64,000 bases of DNA from Candidatus Omnitrophota bacterium (GTDB taxonomy: Bacteria > Omnitrophota > Gorgyraeia > Gygaellales > Profunditerraquicolaceae), in assembly GCA_025453395.1 (NCBI GenBank), contig JALOQK010000002.1:85625-149624 (forward strand), written 5' to 3'. The notes beneath the pieces were generated by a model. It was not told where the DNA came from. It saw nothing but the letters and a program-made list of their open reading frames with translations, and did no database searches. Shown here one piece after another: positions 18,873 through 34,333 of this stretch; the first letter of the stretch is position 1, and each line of letters starts with the position of its first letter. Both the position numbers and the translations under genes were made by a program.

Positions 18873-18896
18873 CAATCAACTTTTTTAATATATACT
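18869..18896 (+). promoter_or_regulatory. sigma70-like promoter TTGACA-16-TATACT upstream of the tRNA-Thr/rpmG/secE/nusG cluster
   Basis: Perfect -35 and 5/6 -10 with 16 nt spacing, read from the sequence. Confidence 0.55.
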
Positions 18897-19015
18897 CTAT
18901 GGTCTAAATCAATCCCCCAAATTTTTCGCAAGATTTATAGAAAAATAAAGAATTTTTATAAATTCTTTCATTGGGTGGGTTTTTATGTGTTCAAAACCCC
19001 GTGGTTTACGTTTTT

Positions 19016-19088
19016 GCTGGAGTAGCTCAGTTGGTAGAGCACGTCCTTGGTAAGGACGGGGTCACGGGTTCAATTCCCGTCTCCAGCT
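19016..19088 (+). tRNA. tRNA-Thr (anticodon GGT)
   Basis: Cloverleaf drawn by hand: acceptor GCTGGAG/CTCCAGC, anticodon loop TTGGTAA, T-loop GGTTCAATTCC; CCA not encoded. Confidence 0.85.
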
Positions 19089-19142
19089 TATGATAAGCTG
19101 TAAACTGCGGGAATAGGCTTAAAAATAAGGGCTAAGAAAAAC

Positions 19143-19292
19143 ATGAGAGAAATAATCACCCTGGAATGCACAGTTTGTAAAAACAGAAATTATACTGACA
19201 CCAAGAACAAGAAACAGCATCAGGATAAATTAGAAACCTCTAAGTATTGTAAATTTTGTCATAAGCATACGTCGCATAAAGAAATCAAGTAG
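19143..19292 (+). CDS. rpmG: 50S ribosomal protein L33
   Basis: 49 aa [38 protein letters not shown] with four zinc-ribbon cysteines; too short for the ORF track. Confidence 0.85.
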   Translation: MREIITLECTVCKNRNYTDTKNKKQHQDKLETSKYCKFCHKHTSHKEIK

Positions 19293-19306
19293 GGTTGTGG
19301 CTTTAT

Positions 19307-19377
19307 AGGAGCGTCGGTTAATGGTAAACCAACGGTCTCCAAAACCGTGACTGTAGGTTCAAGTCCTGCCGCTCCTG
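19307..19377 (+). tRNA. tRNA-Trp (anticodon CCA)
   Basis: Acceptor AGGAGCG/CGCTCCT, anticodon loop CTCCAAA, T-loop TTCAAGT; the classical tRNA-Trp-secE-nusG arrangement. Confidence 0.8.
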
Positions 19378-19396
19378 CTTTAAAAAAGAGAAGAAA

Positions 19397-19588
19397 ATGA
19401 ATATTATCGCAAAGCCGGTTCAATTTGTTCAAGAAGTAAGACAGGAATTAACTAAGGTCTCGTGGTCAACCCGCCAGGAATTAATCGGTTCTACCATCGC
19501 GGTTATCGTGGTGACGCTGATTATGGCATTTTATATTTTTGTCATTGATAGCGGCCTGTCTAAAATATTAAGCGTGGTGTTCAAGTAA
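19397..19588 (+). CDS. secE: preprotein translocase subunit SecE
   Basis: 63 aa single-TM SecE core immediately upstream of nusG. Confidence 0.88.
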   Translation: MNIIAKPVQFVQEVRQELTKVSWSTRQELIGSTIAVIVVTLIMAFYIFVIDSGLSKILSVVFK

Positions 19589-20115
19589 TGAAAAACTGGT
19601 ATATTGTCCATACCCAAACAGGCCTAGAGGAAAAAGCCAAGAAGCTTCTTGAGAAAAGAATTTCGGCCTCAAGCGTTTCAGAATCTTTTTCGCAAGTGGT
19701 CATTCCCACCGAGCAGGTCTCTGAAATCCGTTCTGGCAAGAAAAGGATTTCCCAGCGTAAATTCTTTCCCGGTTACATTCTTATTGAGATGGAGTTAAAT
19801 GACGAAACTTATATGTTGGTTAAAACTACCGCGGGGGTTACCGGTTTTATCGGCCTTGGCAGAAAACCGATGCCGCTTCCGGCTGCTGAAGTGGATACGA
19901 TACTCAAGAAAACTCAAGAAACCCAAGCCAAGCCCAGCCCTAAAACCATCTTTGAAAAGGGCGAGCAGGTCAGGGTTACTGAAGGCCCCTTTGTTAATTT
20001 TAACGGGACCATAGATGAGATACATCCGGAAAAAGGAAAATTAAAAGCAAGTGTCTCCATATTCGGCAGGGCCACTCCGGTAGAATTAGAATATTGGCAG
20101 GTAGAGAAAATTTAA
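19588..20115 (+). CDS. nusG: transcription termination/antitermination factor NusG
   Basis: 175 aa with an NGN domain (WYIVHTQTG) and a KOW domain. Confidence 0.93.
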   Translation: MKNWYIVHTQTGLEEKAKKLLEKRISASSVSESFSQVVIPTEQVSEIRSGKKRISQRKFFPGYILIEMELNDETYMLVKTTAGVTGFIGLGRKPMPLPAAEVDTILKKTQETQAKPSPKTIFEKGEQVRVTEGPFVNFNGTIDEIHPEKGKLKASVSIFGRATPVELEYWQVEKI

Positions 20116-20132
20116 GAAAAGGTTGGTAAAAA

Positions 20133-20561
20133 ATGGCTAAGAAAATAACCGCTCAAATTAAACTGCATGTTCCCGCAGGCCAGGCAAATCCGGCGCCGCC
20201 AGTAGGGCCGGCATTGGGCCAGCACGGGGTTAACATCATGCAATTCTGTAAGCAATTTAATGATCAGACTAAAGGAAAAGGCGATGGCTTGATCTTTCCG
20301 GTTGTCATAAGTGTTTACGAAGACCGTTCCTTTACCTTTATTATTAAAAGCCCGCCGTCATCGGTGCTTTTAAAAAGGTCGGCTAATCTGGCAAAGGCTT
20401 CCGGTACCGCCGGGAAGGAAATAATCGGCAAGGTTACCAGAAAACAGGCGGAAGAGATCGCCAAGCAGAAGATGAAAGATATCAATACCTCCGATATGGA
20501 CGCGGCGGTAAAAATCATTCAAGGCACAGCCCGCAGTATGGGTATTGTGATAGAGGGATAG
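20133..20561 (+). CDS. rplK: 50S ribosomal protein L11
   Basis: 142 aa with the conserved [16 protein letters not shown]. Confidence 0.95.
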   Translation: MAKKITAQIKLHVPAGQANPAPPVGPALGQHGVNIMQFCKQFNDQTKGKGDGLIFPVVISVYEDRSFTFIIKSPPSSVLLKRSANLAKASGTAGKEIIGKVTRKQAEEIAKQKMKDINTSDMDAAVKIIQGTARSMGIVIEG

Positions 20562-20566
20562 ATAAA

Positions 20567-21247
20567 ATGAAAAAACGCAGCAAAAGATACCAACAGGTAG
20601 AAAAGTCAGTTGATAGCGAAAAAGAGGTTTCTCTTAAAGAAGCGGTAGCCGCTTTAAAGAAATTACCTCAGCCGAAGTTTGACGCTTCTGTTGACCTGCA
20701 TTTTAGCCTTAACGTGGATTCCAAAAAGTCCGACCAGATGGTCCGCGGCACGGTAATCCTGCCGCATGGAACAGGCAAAAAAGTGCGCGTGGCTGTCTTT
20801 TGCAAGGGCGAACATGACCGTCAGGCGCGTGATTGCGGGGCCGATTTTGTGGGGTCAAACGAGCTTATTGATAAAGTTTCCGGTGGATTCCTGGATTTTG
20901 ATGTTGCCATCGCTACTCCTGAAATGATGAAAGATTTAAGCAAATTAGGCAAGGTTTTAGGCCCCAGGGGATTGATGCCCAGCCCCAAGACCGGCACTGT
21001 CACTAATGATATTACCAAGGCCATTGAAGACGTAAAGCGCGGCAAGGTGGAATATCGCGTGGATAAACAGGGCGGCATTCATTTATCCGTGGGGAAGTTT
21101 TCTTTTAGTGAAGATAAAATATATGAGAACGCCTTAAAGGTGGTCGATGCTATTAATGAAGCCAAGCCTTCAAGCGTTAAAGGAAAGTTTGTTAAGACGG
21201 CAGCTATTTCTACTACCATGAATCCAGCCGTAAGGATAAGCGTATGA
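20567..21247 (+). CDS. rplA: 50S ribosomal protein L1
   Basis: 226 aa L1. Confidence 0.93.
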   Translation: MKKRSKRYQQVEKSVDSEKEVSLKEAVAALKKLPQPKFDASVDLHFSLNVDSKKSDQMVRGTVILPHGTGKKVRVAVFCKGEHDRQARDCGADFVGSNELIDKVSGGFLDFDVAIATPEMMKDLSKLGKVLGPRGLMPSPKTGTVTNDITKAIEDVKRGKVEYRVDKQGGIHLSVGKFSFSEDKIYENALKVVDAINEAKPSSVKGKFVKTAAISTTMNPAVRISV

Positions 21248-21771
21248 AAAAAATCGGATTAGAAGTCAAGGAAATCTCCGGCACTAGGATTAAGAAATAC
21301 ATCAAGGAGTCGGAAAGTGTTTTTGTGGTTAAGTATTCCGGTTTGTCAAGCCCGGATATCTGCTCTCTAAGGCAGGCCCTAAGAGATGTGAAGGTGGGGA
21401 TGTTTGTGGTAAAAAATACCGTTGCCCGCCGCGCGCTCAAAGACGCAGGATTTGAAGAAACCTCCAAGAAAATAGAGGGCCCATGCGGGCTTGTTTTTAT
21501 AAAAGAAGAATCCGCTGCTGCCTCTAAGGTGATCTGCAATTTTGCCAAAGATCATGAGAAGCTTCAGGTGCAAGGCGGATTTCTCAATGAGAAGCTTTTA
21601 GAAAGAAAAGACATTGAGGCGTTAGCAAAGCTTCCTTCAAAAGATGTATTAAGGGCGCAGGTCGTATGCACCTTAAAGTCGCCTATAAATAATTTGGTTT
21701 TTGTTCTAAACGGGACACTAAAGAAATTTGCGGTTTGTCTTGAGCAGATTAAACAAAAAAAGGCATCATAA
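21244..21771 (+). CDS. rplJ: 50S ribosomal protein L10
   Basis: 175 aa L10; position between rplA and rplL. Confidence 0.9.
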   Translation: MKKIGLEVKEISGTRIKKYIKESESVFVVKYSGLSSPDICSLRQALRDVKVGMFVVKNTVARRALKDAGFEETSKKIEGPCGLVFIKEESAAASKVICNFAKDHEKLQVQGGFLNEKLLERKDIEALAKLPSKDVLRAQVVCTLKSPINNLVFVLNGTLKKFAVCLEQIKQKKAS

Positions 21772-21790
21772 ACAATAATAAGGAGGAAAC

Positions 21791-22180
21791 ATGTCGAACG
21801 TGAAAATGGATGAAATGATCAAATCGATTGAAGAGATGACAGTGCTAGAGCTGTCGGATCTGGTCAAGGCGCTTGAAGATAAATTCGGAGTCCAGGCAAA
21901 TATGCCGATGATGGCTATGCCCGCAGCGGCAGCTGGAGCAGCTGGCGCAGCGCCTGCCGCCGAAGAAAAGAGCGCCTTTACGGTAGTTTTAGCCAGTGCC
22001 GGGGCCAACAAGATCGCTGTTATCAAGGAAGTCCGCACAATCACAAACTTAGGCCTTAAAGAAGCAAAGGATTTAGTCGACGCAGCTCCCAAGCCCGTCA
22101 AAGAAGGCGCCAATAAAGAAGAAGCTGAAGAAATGAAGAAAAAGCTTGAGGCGGCTGGCGCTACCGTTGAATTAAAATAA
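21791..22180 (+). CDS. rplL: 50S ribosomal protein L7/L12
   Basis: 129 aa with an Ala/Pro-rich hinge and the conserved C-terminal domain ([10 protein letters not shown]). Confidence 0.95.
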   Translation: MSNVKMDEMIKSIEEMTVLELSDLVKALEDKFGVQANMPMMAMPAAAAGAAGAAPAAEEKSAFTVVLASAGANKIAVIKEVRTITNLGLKEAKDLVDAAPKPVKEGANKEEAEEMKKKLEAAGATVELK

Positions 22181-22229
22181 TCCTATTCTTTCATAGTTTT
22201 TCATTACAGGTTTCGCGGAGAAAATCAAA

Positions 22230-25200
22230 ATGGTAAAACGTAAGAGCTTTGCAAGGCTTAAGCAAGTCCATGAACTGCCGCATCTTTTGGATATACAGAC
22301 CGAGTCTTATCATGATTTCCTTCAGACGGATTTGCCTGTTGCCCAGAGGCAGCGTGTGGGGCTGCAGGAGGTATTTGAAGAGATTTTCCCTATTGAGAAT
22401 AACGACCGTTCGGTAAAGATAGAATTCTTGAGTTATTCTTTGGGTAAACCTAAATATACGATTTCCGAATCCAAGAAGCGCTCTATTTCTTACGCCGCCG
22501 CTTTAAAAGTCAAGTTCAGGATCACCACCCCTATCGAAACTAAAGAGCAAGATGCCTATTTCGGGGAAATCCCCTTGATGACTGACACCGGCACCTTTAT
22601 TATAAACGGCGACGAGCGCGTGGTAGTAAGCCAATTGCAGCGTTCTCCGGGAGTTTCTTTTGAGGAAGAGGACCACCCCACAGGCAAGAAAATATTTTAC
22701 GGCAGGATCATCCCTTACCGCGGGGCATGGCTTGAGTTTAAATACGACCTTTCGGAAAACATCCTGGCTTACGTTGACAGGCGCAGGAACTTCCCCGCAA
22801 CTCAAATATTAAGGATCTTAGGCTTCTCTACCGATCAGGACATCCAGAGGGTTTTTAGCAAAGACTACCCGGAAATCTCCAACACCTTAAAAAAAGACAC
22901 CACTAAAAATAAAGAAGAAGCGTACTTAGATTTTTACCGCAAGATGCGCCCGACTGAACCGGTGACCAAAGAGGCGGCAGAGAATTTATTTTACAGGCTG
23001 TTTTTTGATCCGGCAAGATATGATTTAGAGAGAGTCGGAAGATTTATCTTAAACAGAAAACTTGATTTAAATGTATCGCTTGAAAAAAGAATCCTTGATT
23101 CAGAGACCGTGATAAGAGTTATTGAGTATCTTATCCGCCTGAAAGACGGGACAGGCAAGATCGACGATATTGACCATTTAGGCAACCGCCGTATCAAAAG
23201 CGTTGGAGAACTTGTCCAGAATCAAATGCGTATTGGTTTGGCCAGAGTTGAGCGTTCTATCCGCGAGAGGTTAAGCCTGGTCAGTGATTTTACTAATTTA
23301 AGCGTGCATTATCTTATCAATTCAAAACTTCTCTCCAATTCTATCCGCGATTTCTTTGCCAGAAGCCAACTTTCGCAATTTATGGACCAAGTTAATCCTT
23401 TGGCCGAGATGACCCACAAGCGGCGTTTAAGCGCGTTAGGCCCTGGAGGGCTTTCTCGCGAAAGAGCGGGTTTTGAAGTAAGGGATATCCACCCCTCGCA
23501 TTATGGAAGGATTTGCCCTATTGAAACCCCGGAAGGCCCGAATATCGGCTTGATCGCCTCTTTAAGCACCTTCGCGCGCGTAAATAAACTGGGGCTGATT
23601 GAAACTCCTTATCGCAAGGTTGAAGACGGAAGAGTTACTAAAAAGATTGAGTATTTAACCGCTGACGTTGAAGAAGGAAAGATCGTGGCCCAGGCGAATA
23701 TGCCTTTGAATGATGACGGGACTTTTGCCGAAAAAGAAGTATCCTGCCGCTTTAAAGGTGATTTTCCCAAGGTCGCTCCCAAGCAGGTAGAGTATATGGA
23801 TGTGTCTCCTAAGCAGCTTGTCTCAGTAGCCGCGTCTTTGATTCCTTTCTTGGAGCATGATGACGCTAACCGCGCATTGATGGGCTCAAACATGCAGCGC
23901 CAGGCAGTGCCTTTGATGATCCCGGAAGCCCCGGTTGTGGGTACCGGCATGGAAGCAAAAGTTGCCAAAGACACAGGGGTAGTTGTAGTCGCTGAAGATT
24001 CCGGAAAAGTTACTGCGGTTGATGTTGCCTCTATTACCGTGGGTAAGAAAACATACCATATGAAGAAGTTCCAGCGCACCAACGCTGATACTTGTTTGAA
24101 TCAGCGTCCGATAGTTAAGCTGGGCGAATATGTAGAAAAGGGGCAGGTCATCGCCGACGGCTCAAGCACTAAAAATGGAGAATTGGCCTTAGGAAGAAAT
24201 GTCTTATGCGCTTTTATGCCCTGGCGCGGGTATAATTTTGAAGACGCCATTCTTTTAAGCGATAAATTAGTCAGGGAAGATGTTTTTACTTCCATTCATA
24301 TTGAAGAGTTTGAGATTGAGGCTACGGAAACGCGTTTAGGCAATGAAGAAATCACCCGCGATATTCCCAATGTCAGCGAAGACTCTTTAAAGAATCTTGA
24401 CGAAACCGGGATCATCCGCATTGGAGCGGAAGTCACCCCAGGGGATATCCTGGTAGGCAAAGTCACTCCCAAAACTGAATCTGAGCTTTCTCCTGAAGAG
24501 CGCCTGTTAAGGGCTATTTTCGGGGAAAAAGCCGGGGATGTGCGCGATACATCTTTGACTGTGCCTCCGGGAGTTGAAGGCGTAGTTGTGGATGTGCATG
24601 TTTTTCAGCGTAAAGACCGCGGCCGGAAATCCAAAGAAGAAAAATCCAAAGAGCTTGTCAAGATCCGCGAACTAAAAGTTTACTATAAACAGGAAATAGA
24701 GTTTATGGAGACGGAAAAGATCGCCCGCTTAGCGCAGGTTTTAGGGGTAGATAAGAAAAAAGTTGAGAAGCTGGATATAAGTGATAATGAAGAGGCGCGC
24801 ATTGTGGCGGCTTCTTTTGATGAGCAGATCCAGGAATTAATATTAGAGCAGCAGCAGGAAATTGAAAAAGTCCGTCGCGGCGATGAGCTGCCTCCGGGAG
24901 TTTTAAAAAGGGTGGTAGTTTATATCGCTACCAAGCGCAAGGTTTCCGAAGGCGATAAGCTTGCCGGACGCCACGGAAATAAAGGTGTCGTGGCAAGGAT
25001 ACTGCCTGAAGAGGATATGCCTTTTATGCCGGATGGCACCCCTGTGGAAGTAGTGCTTAATCCACTGGGCGTTCCTTCGCGTATGAACGTGGGGCAGATA
25101 TTAGAAACACATTTAGGCTGGGCCGCTAAGATGTTAGGCCTTAATATTGAAAGCCACGTTTTTGATGGGGCAAGCGAGGAAGAAATAAAAGAGATGCTCA

Positions 25201-25634
25201 AAAAAGCCAATCTTCCCGAAGACGGAAAAATTACTCTTACCGATGGTTTTACCGGGAACAAATTTGACCAGAAAGTTACCGTCGGCTACATCTATATAAT
25301 GAAACTTATCCACCTAGTTGACGAGAAGATACACGCCCGTTCCATCGGGCCGTATTCATTGGTCACTCAGCAGCCGCTTGGCGGCAAGGCGCAATTCGGC
25401 GGACAGCGCTTAGGGGAAATGGAAGTTTGGGCATTAGAAGCCTACGGAGCGGCTTTCACCCTGCAGGAGATGTTGACTGTAAAAAGCGATGATGTTGCCG
25501 GGCGTACGCGTATTTATGAAGCCATAGTAAAAGGCGAACAGCGCTTAACCCACGGCACTCCGGAATCTTTCAATGTTTTGATAAAAGAATTGCAAGGCTT
25601 GTGTCTTGATATCAAGACAGAAAAGGGCAAATAA
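22230..25634 (+). CDS. rpoB: DNA-directed RNA polymerase subunit beta
   Basis: 1134 aa with all conserved beta-subunit blocks. Confidence 0.97.
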   Translation: MVKRKSFARLKQVHELPHLLDIQTESYHDFLQTDLPVAQRQRVGLQEVFEEIFPIENNDRSVKIEFLSYSLGKPKYTISESKKRSISYAAALKVKFRITTPIETKEQDAYFGEIPLMTDTGTFIINGDERVVVSQLQRSPGVSFEEEDHPTGKKIFYGRIIPYRGAWLEFKYDLSENILAYVDRRRNFPATQILRILGFSTDQDIQRVFSKDYPEISNTLKKDTTKNKEEAYLDFYRKMRPTEPVTKEAAENLFYRLFFDPARYDLERVGRFILNRKLDLNVSLEKRILDSETVIRVIEYLIRLKDGTGKIDDIDHLGNRRIKSVGELVQNQMRIGLARVERSIRERLSLVSDFTNLSVHYLINSKLLSNSIRDFFARSQLSQFMDQVNPLAEMTHKRRLSALGPGGLSRERAGFEVRDIHPSHYGRICPIETPEGPNIGLIASLSTFARVNKLGLIETPYRKVEDGRVTKKIEYLTADVEEGKIVAQANMPLNDDGTFAEKEVSCRFKGDFPKVAPKQVEYMDVSPKQLVSVAASLIPFLEHDDANRALMGSNMQRQAVPLMIPEAPVVGTGMEAKVAKDTGVVVVAEDSGKVTAVDVASITVGKKTYHMKKFQRTNADTCLNQRPIVKLGEYVEKGQVIADGSSTKNGELALGRNVLCAFMPWRGYNFEDAILLSDKLVREDVFTSIHIEEFEIEATETRLGNEEITRDIPNVSEDSLKNLDETGIIRIGAEVTPGDILVGKVTPKTESELSPEERLLRAIFGEKAGDVRDTSLTVPPGVEGVVVDVHVFQRKDRGRKSKEEKSKELVKIRELKVYYKQEIEFMETEKIARLAQVLGVDKKKVEKLDISDNEEARIVAASFDEQIQELILEQQQEIEKVRRGDELPPGVLKRVVVYIATKRKVSEGDKLAGRHGNKGVVARILPEEDMPFMPDGTPVEVVLNPLGVPSRMNVGQILETHLGWAAKMLGLNIESHVFDGASEEEIKEMLKKANLPEDGKITLTDGFTGNKFDQKVTVGYIYIMKLIHLVDEKIHARSIGPYSLVTQQPLGGKAQFGGQRLGEMEVWALEAYGAAFTLQEMLTVKSDDVAGRTRIYEAIVKGEQRLTHGTPESFNVLIKELQGLCLDIKTEKGK

Positions 25635-29684
<4,050 letters not shown>

Positions 29685-29688
29685 TGGC

Positions 29689-30087
29689 ATGCCCACAATC
29701 TCGCAATTAATCAGGACTGGAAGGATTTCCAAGCGCAAGAAAACTAAATCACCGGCATTAAAGGCCTGTCCGCAGAGGCGGGGGGTTTGTCTTCAGGTGC
29801 GCACCATGACACCCAAGAAGCCTAACTCCGCGCTGCGTAAGATCGCCAGGGTGCGGCTTACTACCGGCATTGAAGTGACTTCTTATATTCCCGGTGAAGG
29901 GCACAATCTTCAGGAGCATTCTATCGTGCTTGTAAGAGGCGGCAGGGTAAAAGATCTGCCTGGGGTAAGGTATCATATTGTCCGCGGGACATTGGATTCA
30001 GTTGGTGTCAACCAAAGAAGGCAGTCGCGTTCAAAGTACGGTGCTAAAAGGCCTAAAGAAGCTGCTGCGCCACAAGCGAAAAAATAA
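29689..30087 (+). CDS. rpsL: 30S ribosomal protein S12
   Basis: True start is [12 protein letters not shown] at 29689; the ORF track's longer 29626 start is a lysine-rich read-through from the rpoC 3' end. Confidence 0.93.
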   Translation: MPTISQLIRTGRISKRKKTKSPALKACPQRRGVCLQVRTMTPKKPNSALRKIARVRLTTGIEVTSYIPGEGHNLQEHSIVLVRGGRVKDLPGVRYHIVRGTLDSVGVNQRRQSRSKYGAKRPKEAAAPQAKK

Positions 30088-30106
30088 TAAGGAGTAATAA
30101 AAAGAC

Positions 30107-30577
30107 ATGAGAAGAAGAAAGGCACAAGAAAAACAGATCCTGGCGGACCCCAAATACAACAGCAAGATCATAGGTAAATTCATTAACATGATGATGCTCG
30201 ACGGTAAGAAATCAACTGCTGAAAATATCATCTATGAGGCCTTTGAGATTGTGCAAAAACAGCTTAATGATACCGACGCGGTAAAGATTTTTTACAAGGC
30301 TATAGAGAATGCACGTCCCCGCCTTGAAGTTAAGCCCCGCCGAGTAGGGGGGGCTACTTATCAGGTGCCTATTGAAGTTAAGCAGGAAAGGGGCACTTCC
30401 ATCGCCCTTCGTTGGATCAGGGATTTTGCCCGCAATAAAAAAGGCAAACCCATGCAGGAAAAATTAGCCGAAGAGATCATCGCTGCTTACAAGAACGAAG
30501 GCTCCTCAATCAAGAAGCGCGACGATACTCATAAAATGGCTGAATCCAACAAGGCCTTCGCGCATTTTAGATGGTAA
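30107..30577 (+). CDS. rpsG: 30S ribosomal protein S7
   Basis: 156 aa S7. Confidence 0.95.
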   Translation: MRRRKAQEKQILADPKYNSKIIGKFINMMMLDGKKSTAENIIYEAFEIVQKQLNDTDAVKIFYKAIENARPRLEVKPRRVGGATYQVPIEVKQERGTSIALRWIRDFARNKKGKPMQEKLAEEIIAAYKNEGSSIKKRDDTHKMAESNKAFAHFRW

Positions 30578-30605
30578 TTAATTTCTAATTAATATACGAT
30601 TTTAC

Positions 30606-30633
30606 TGGACAAATCGATATTTTTGTGTATAAT
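30606..30633 (+). promoter_or_regulatory. candidate internal promoter TGGACA-16-TATAAT in the rpsG-fusA spacer
   Basis: Perfect -10 (with TG dinucleotide immediately upstream) and 5/6 -35 read from the sequence. Confidence 0.5.
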
Positions 30634-30634
30634 A

Positions 30635-30664
30635 TTTGTCTCTGCCATATAGGGCAGAGACACG
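30635..30664 (+). other. 5'UTR stem-loop (stem of 9 or more bp: GTCTCTGCC / GGCAGAGAC, loop ATATAG) immediately upstream of the fusA RBS
   Basis: Perfect inverted repeat seen in sequence. Confidence 0.6.
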
Positions 30665-30672
30665 GAGAAAAA

Positions 30673-32766
30673 ATGGCACGCAAGGTCGCATTAGAAAAAA
30701 TAAGGAACATCGGCATCATCGCCCATATTGACGCTGGTAAGACCACGACTACCGAGCGCATCCTTTTTTACACAGGGAAAAATTATAAGTTAGGCGAGGT
30801 TCACGACGGCACTGCTACTATGGACTGGATGGTTCAGGAGCAGGAGCGCGGTATTACTATTACCGCGGCGGCTACTACCTGCCAATGGAAAGATTGTTCT
30901 ATTAATATTATAGATACTCCCGGCCACGTTGATTTTACGGTTGAGGTTGAGCGCTCTTTAAAGGTCTTAGACGGGGCGGTAGTTGTTTTCTGCGGCGTCG
31001 GCGGAGTTGAGCCGCAGTCCGAAACTGTTTGGAGACAAGCGGACCGTTATGGCGTTCCCAGGATTGCCTATGTAAATAAAATGGACAGGACCGGAAGCAA
31101 TTTTTTTGAGGTTATTGATCAGATGCATAAGCGTTTAGGCGCTAACGCTGCGGCCATTCAGGTCCCGTATGGCGACCAGGAAAATTTTAAAGGCATTATT
31201 GATATTGTGGATGATAAATTGCATTTTTATAAAGATGATCTAGGCAAAGAGGTAGAAACCAAGCAGATCCCCGAAGAATTTAAAGCCGAAGTAGCAAAAT
31301 ACCGCGCGATTTTAATCGAGCGGCTTGCTGAAGCGGATGATGAGATACTTGATAAATTTCTGCACAATAAAGAAGTAACCAGAGAGGACCTGCATAAAAA
31401 AATCCGTGAAACCGTTGTTGCCAATAAATTTGTCCCGGTTCTATGCGGCTCATCTTTTAAGAATAAAGGCATTCAGTTTGTATTGGATGCGGTTTGCGAT
31501 TATTTACCTTCCCCCAGCGATGTCCCCTCAATAAAAGGCACTAATCCCGAAACAGGCGAATTTGAAGAAATAGATACTTCTGACAAGGCTCCGTTTTGCG
31601 CGCTTTGTTTTAAGGTTGCTACCGACCCGTATGTGGGAAGGCTTAATTATGTCAGAGTTTATTCCGGGACCTTGAATCAGGGAATTTATATCCATAACGC
31701 CACTAAGCATGTGCGCGAAAGAGTGACTAAGCTGGTGCGGATGCACGCTAATCGCCAGGAAATCGTGGAGAGTATCTCTACCGGAGATATCGCTGCGGTA
31801 GTAGGTTTAAAAGAAACCAAAACCGGGGATACCATCTGCTCTGAAAATACCCATATCGTAATTGAAGCCATGCGTTTTCCGGAACCAGTTATCCAGCAGG
31901 CCATTGAAACCGCGAATAAAGATGACCAGGAAAAACTGGGGTTAGCGCTTCATAAGTTAGGCGATGAAGATCCATCCTTTAAGATCCATTACAATCATGA
32001 AACAGGCCAAACTATTATTTCCGGCATGGGCCAGCTTCATCTTGAAATTATTGTCGATAGGCTTTTAAGAGAATTTAATGTTCCGGTGCAGGTTGGTTTT
32101 CCTCAGGTTGCTTATCGGGAGACGATCACTAAGGCGGTTAACGCCACCGGCAAATTTATCCAGCAGTCCGGCGGCCGCGGCCAATACGGCCATGTAGTTA
32201 TTGAGCTTGGCCCCCAAGAAACTCCCGGCACAGGGATTACTTTTGAAAATAAGATTAAGGGAGGGGCAATACCTCAAGAATTTATCCCCGCAGTTAAACA
32301 AGGCATTATGGAAACTTCTAAGAGCGGTGTTTTAGCAGGGTATCCGGTTACAGATATAAAAGTAGTTTTGGTGGACGGGTCATTCCACGATGTAGATTCT
32401 TCAGAAATGGCCTTTAAAATGGCCGCAGGGATAGCTCTTACTGACGGCATGCGAAAAGCTGGCGCGGTCCTGATGGAGCCGATCATGGATATGGAAGTTG
32501 TTACTCCAGAAGAATTCATGGGAGCGGTTATCGGAGACTTAAGCTCGCGCAGGGCGAAAATAAACGCGATCAATTCCCGCGCTAATGTGCGCGCGATAAG
32601 GGCGTTTATTCCGTTGGCGGAAATCTTTAATTACGCCACGGTTGTCCGTTCTATTACTCAAGGCAGAGCTTCCTATACAATGGAGCCCTCATATTATACC
32701 GAGGTGCCTTCACATATAGCGGAAAAGATTATCGCTGGGTTTGCTTCAGCAGGGACAAGAAAATAA
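30673..32766 (+). CDS. fusA: elongation factor G
   Basis: Start is [25 protein letters not shown] at 30673; the ORF track's 30625 start is an upstream in-frame ATG. Confidence 0.96.
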   Translation: MARKVALEKIRNIGIIAHIDAGKTTTTERILFYTGKNYKLGEVHDGTATMDWMVQEQERGITITAAATTCQWKDCSINIIDTPGHVDFTVEVERSLKVLDGAVVVFCGVGGVEPQSETVWRQADRYGVPRIAYVNKMDRTGSNFFEVIDQMHKRLGANAAAIQVPYGDQENFKGIIDIVDDKLHFYKDDLGKEVETKQIPEEFKAEVAKYRAILIERLAEADDEILDKFLHNKEVTREDLHKKIRETVVANKFVPVLCGSSFKNKGIQFVLDAVCDYLPSPSDVPSIKGTNPETGEFEEIDTSDKAPFCALCFKVATDPYVGRLNYVRVYSGTLNQGIYIHNATKHVRERVTKLVRMHANRQEIVESISTGDIAAVVGLKETKTGDTICSENTHIVIEAMRFPEPVIQQAIETANKDDQEKLGLALHKLGDEDPSFKIHYNHETGQTIISGMGQLHLEIIVDRLLREFNVPVQVGFPQVAYRETITKAVNATGKFIQQSGGRGQYGHVVIELGPQETPGTGITFENKIKGGAIPQEFIPAVKQGIMETSKSGVLAGYPVTDIKVVLVDGSFHDVDSSEMAFKMAAGIALTDGMRKAGAVLMEPIMDMEVVTPEEFMGAVIGDLSSRRAKINAINSRANVRAIRAFIPLAEIFNYATVVRSITQGRASYTMEPSYYTEVPSHIAEKIIAGFASAGTRK

Positions 32767-32811
32767 AGGTTTTTAAAACAGGAATAATAAATTAAATAGG
32801 GAGGTGTACTA

Positions 32812-34014
32812 ATGGCTAAGGAAAAATTTGTAAGGTCAAAGCCACACGTTAACATCGGCACCATCGGGCACATCGATCATGGTAAGACCACTTTGACGGC
32901 AGCGATCACGCACGTTTTAGCAAAGATGGGAAAAGCCCAGGAACGCCAGTATGCCGATATTGCCAAGGGCGGCACCGTAAGAGATGAAACAAAGGTTGTT
33001 ACTATCTCTGTTGCCCACGTTGAATATGAAACTGACAACCGTCATTACGCGCATATTGACTGCCCCGGCCACGCTGATTACATCAAGAACATGATTACCG
33101 GCGCAGCCCAAATGGATGGCGCAATCTTAGTAGTTTCTGCTTCTGACGGCCCCATGCCTCAGACAAGAGAGCATATTCTTTTAGCGCGCCAGGTTAACGT
33201 TCCCAATATCGTAGTATTTTTAAATAAGGTTGACACGGTTTCCGATAAAGAATTAATTGATTTGGTTGAAATGGAAGTAAGAGACCTTTTGACCAAATAT
33301 GGTTTCCCCGGGGATAAAACTCCCATCATCAAGGGAAGCGCCCTTAAGGCATTACAGGTAGCTGATGCCAACGCTCCGGAAGCTTCCTGTATCCATGAGC
33401 TGATGAAGGCATGCGATGAGTTTATTACGCTGCCTCCGCGCGAACTTGACAAGCCATTATTGATGGCGGTTGAGGACGTTTTCACTATTGAAGGCCGCGG
33501 GACAGTGGGAACTGGGAGGATTGAAAGAGGAAAAGTAAAAGTCAACGAGGAAGTTGAAATAGTGGGCTTGCGCCCGGAAGTAAAAAAGACAGTTGTTACC
33601 GGTATTGAAATGTTCCGCAAGCTTTTGGATGAGGGGCAAGCTGGAGACAACGTCGGGCTTTTATTAAGAGGCGTGGATAAAAATGATATTGAGCGCGGTA
33701 TGGTCATCGCCGCTCCAAAATCAATTACTCCGCACACAAAGTTTAAAGCGCAGATATATATCTTAAGCAAAGAAGAGGGCGGAAGGCATACCCCATTCTT
33801 CGCGGGTTATCGTCCGCAGTTCTATTTCAGGACTACCGACGTTACCGGTTCAGTAAAATTACCTACGGGCACAGAAATGGTTATGCCCGGAGATAACGCG
33901 AATTTAGAAGTTGAATTAATCACGCCCATCGCCATGGAAAAAGAATCGCGTTTCGCTATCCGCGAAGGCGGCCATACAGTAGGCGCAGGGGTAGTCACCG
34001 AGATAATTGCATAA
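32812..34014 (+). CDS. tuf: elongation factor Tu
   Basis: 400 aa with GHVDHGKTTL and DCPGHADY. Confidence 0.97.
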   Translation: MAKEKFVRSKPHVNIGTIGHIDHGKTTLTAAITHVLAKMGKAQERQYADIAKGGTVRDETKVVTISVAHVEYETDNRHYAHIDCPGHADYIKNMITGAAQMDGAILVVSASDGPMPQTREHILLARQVNVPNIVVFLNKVDTVSDKELIDLVEMEVRDLLTKYGFPGDKTPIIKGSALKALQVADANAPEASCIHELMKACDEFITLPPRELDKPLLMAVEDVFTIEGRGTVGTGRIERGKVKVNEEVEIVGLRPEVKKTVVTGIEMFRKLLDEGQAGDNVGLLLRGVDKNDIERGMVIAAPKSITPHTKFKAQIYILSKEEGGRHTPFFAGYRPQFYFRTTDVTGSVKLPTGTEMVMPGDNANLEVELITPIAMEKESRFAIREGGHTVGAGVVTEIIA

Positions 34015-34018
34015 AAAT

Positions 34019-34321
34019 ATGTCACAGAAAATAAGAATCAAATTAAAAGCTTATGACCACCGCCTGTTAGACCAGGCAGTAACAGAGATTGTGGAAACCG
34101 TGAAAAGGAACGGGGCTATAATTTCCGGCCCCGTGCCTCTTCCCACAAAAAAGGAGATCTATACGGTATTACGCTCTCCGGTGATTGATAAGAAATCCCG
34201 GGAGCAGTTTGATTTGTCCGTGCACAAAAGGCTGATAGATATTTTTGAGCCTACCTCAAAAACTATCGATTCCTTGAGGAAACTGAATCTGCCTGCCGGA
34301 GTGGATGTAGAAATAAAATAA
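34019..34321 (+). CDS. rpsJ: 30S ribosomal protein S10
   Basis: [18 protein letters not shown]; start chosen downstream of the tuf stop (34014), and the ORF track's 34007 start overlaps tuf. Confidence 0.93.
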   Translation: MSQKIRIKLKAYDHRLLDQAVTEIVETVKRNGAIISGPVPLPTKKEIYTVLRSPVIDKKSREQFDLSVHKRLIDIFEPTSKTIDSLRKLNLPAGVDVEIK

Positions 34322-34333
34322 CCCAAAACGATA

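Noticed and set aside
19016-19378. Considered whether the two tRNAs plus rpmG could be a mobile-element integration hotspot
   Set aside because: The arrangement tRNA-Thr/rpmG/tRNA-Trp/secE/nusG is a widespread ancestral synteny with no integrase or direct repeats present.
23609-24082. 157 aa minus-strand ORF inside rpoB (similar antisense ORFs at 24920-25261, 26099-26497, 27935-28243 and 29225-29587 within rpoB/rpoC)
   Set aside because: Shadow ORFs opposite long, highly conserved coding sequence; the proteins are low-complexity with no recognisable family, and the whole region is co-directional + strand operons.
33159-33770. 203 aa minus-strand ORF inside tuf
   Set aside because: Antisense to EF-Tu with a serine/threonine-rich translation typical of reverse-frame artefacts.
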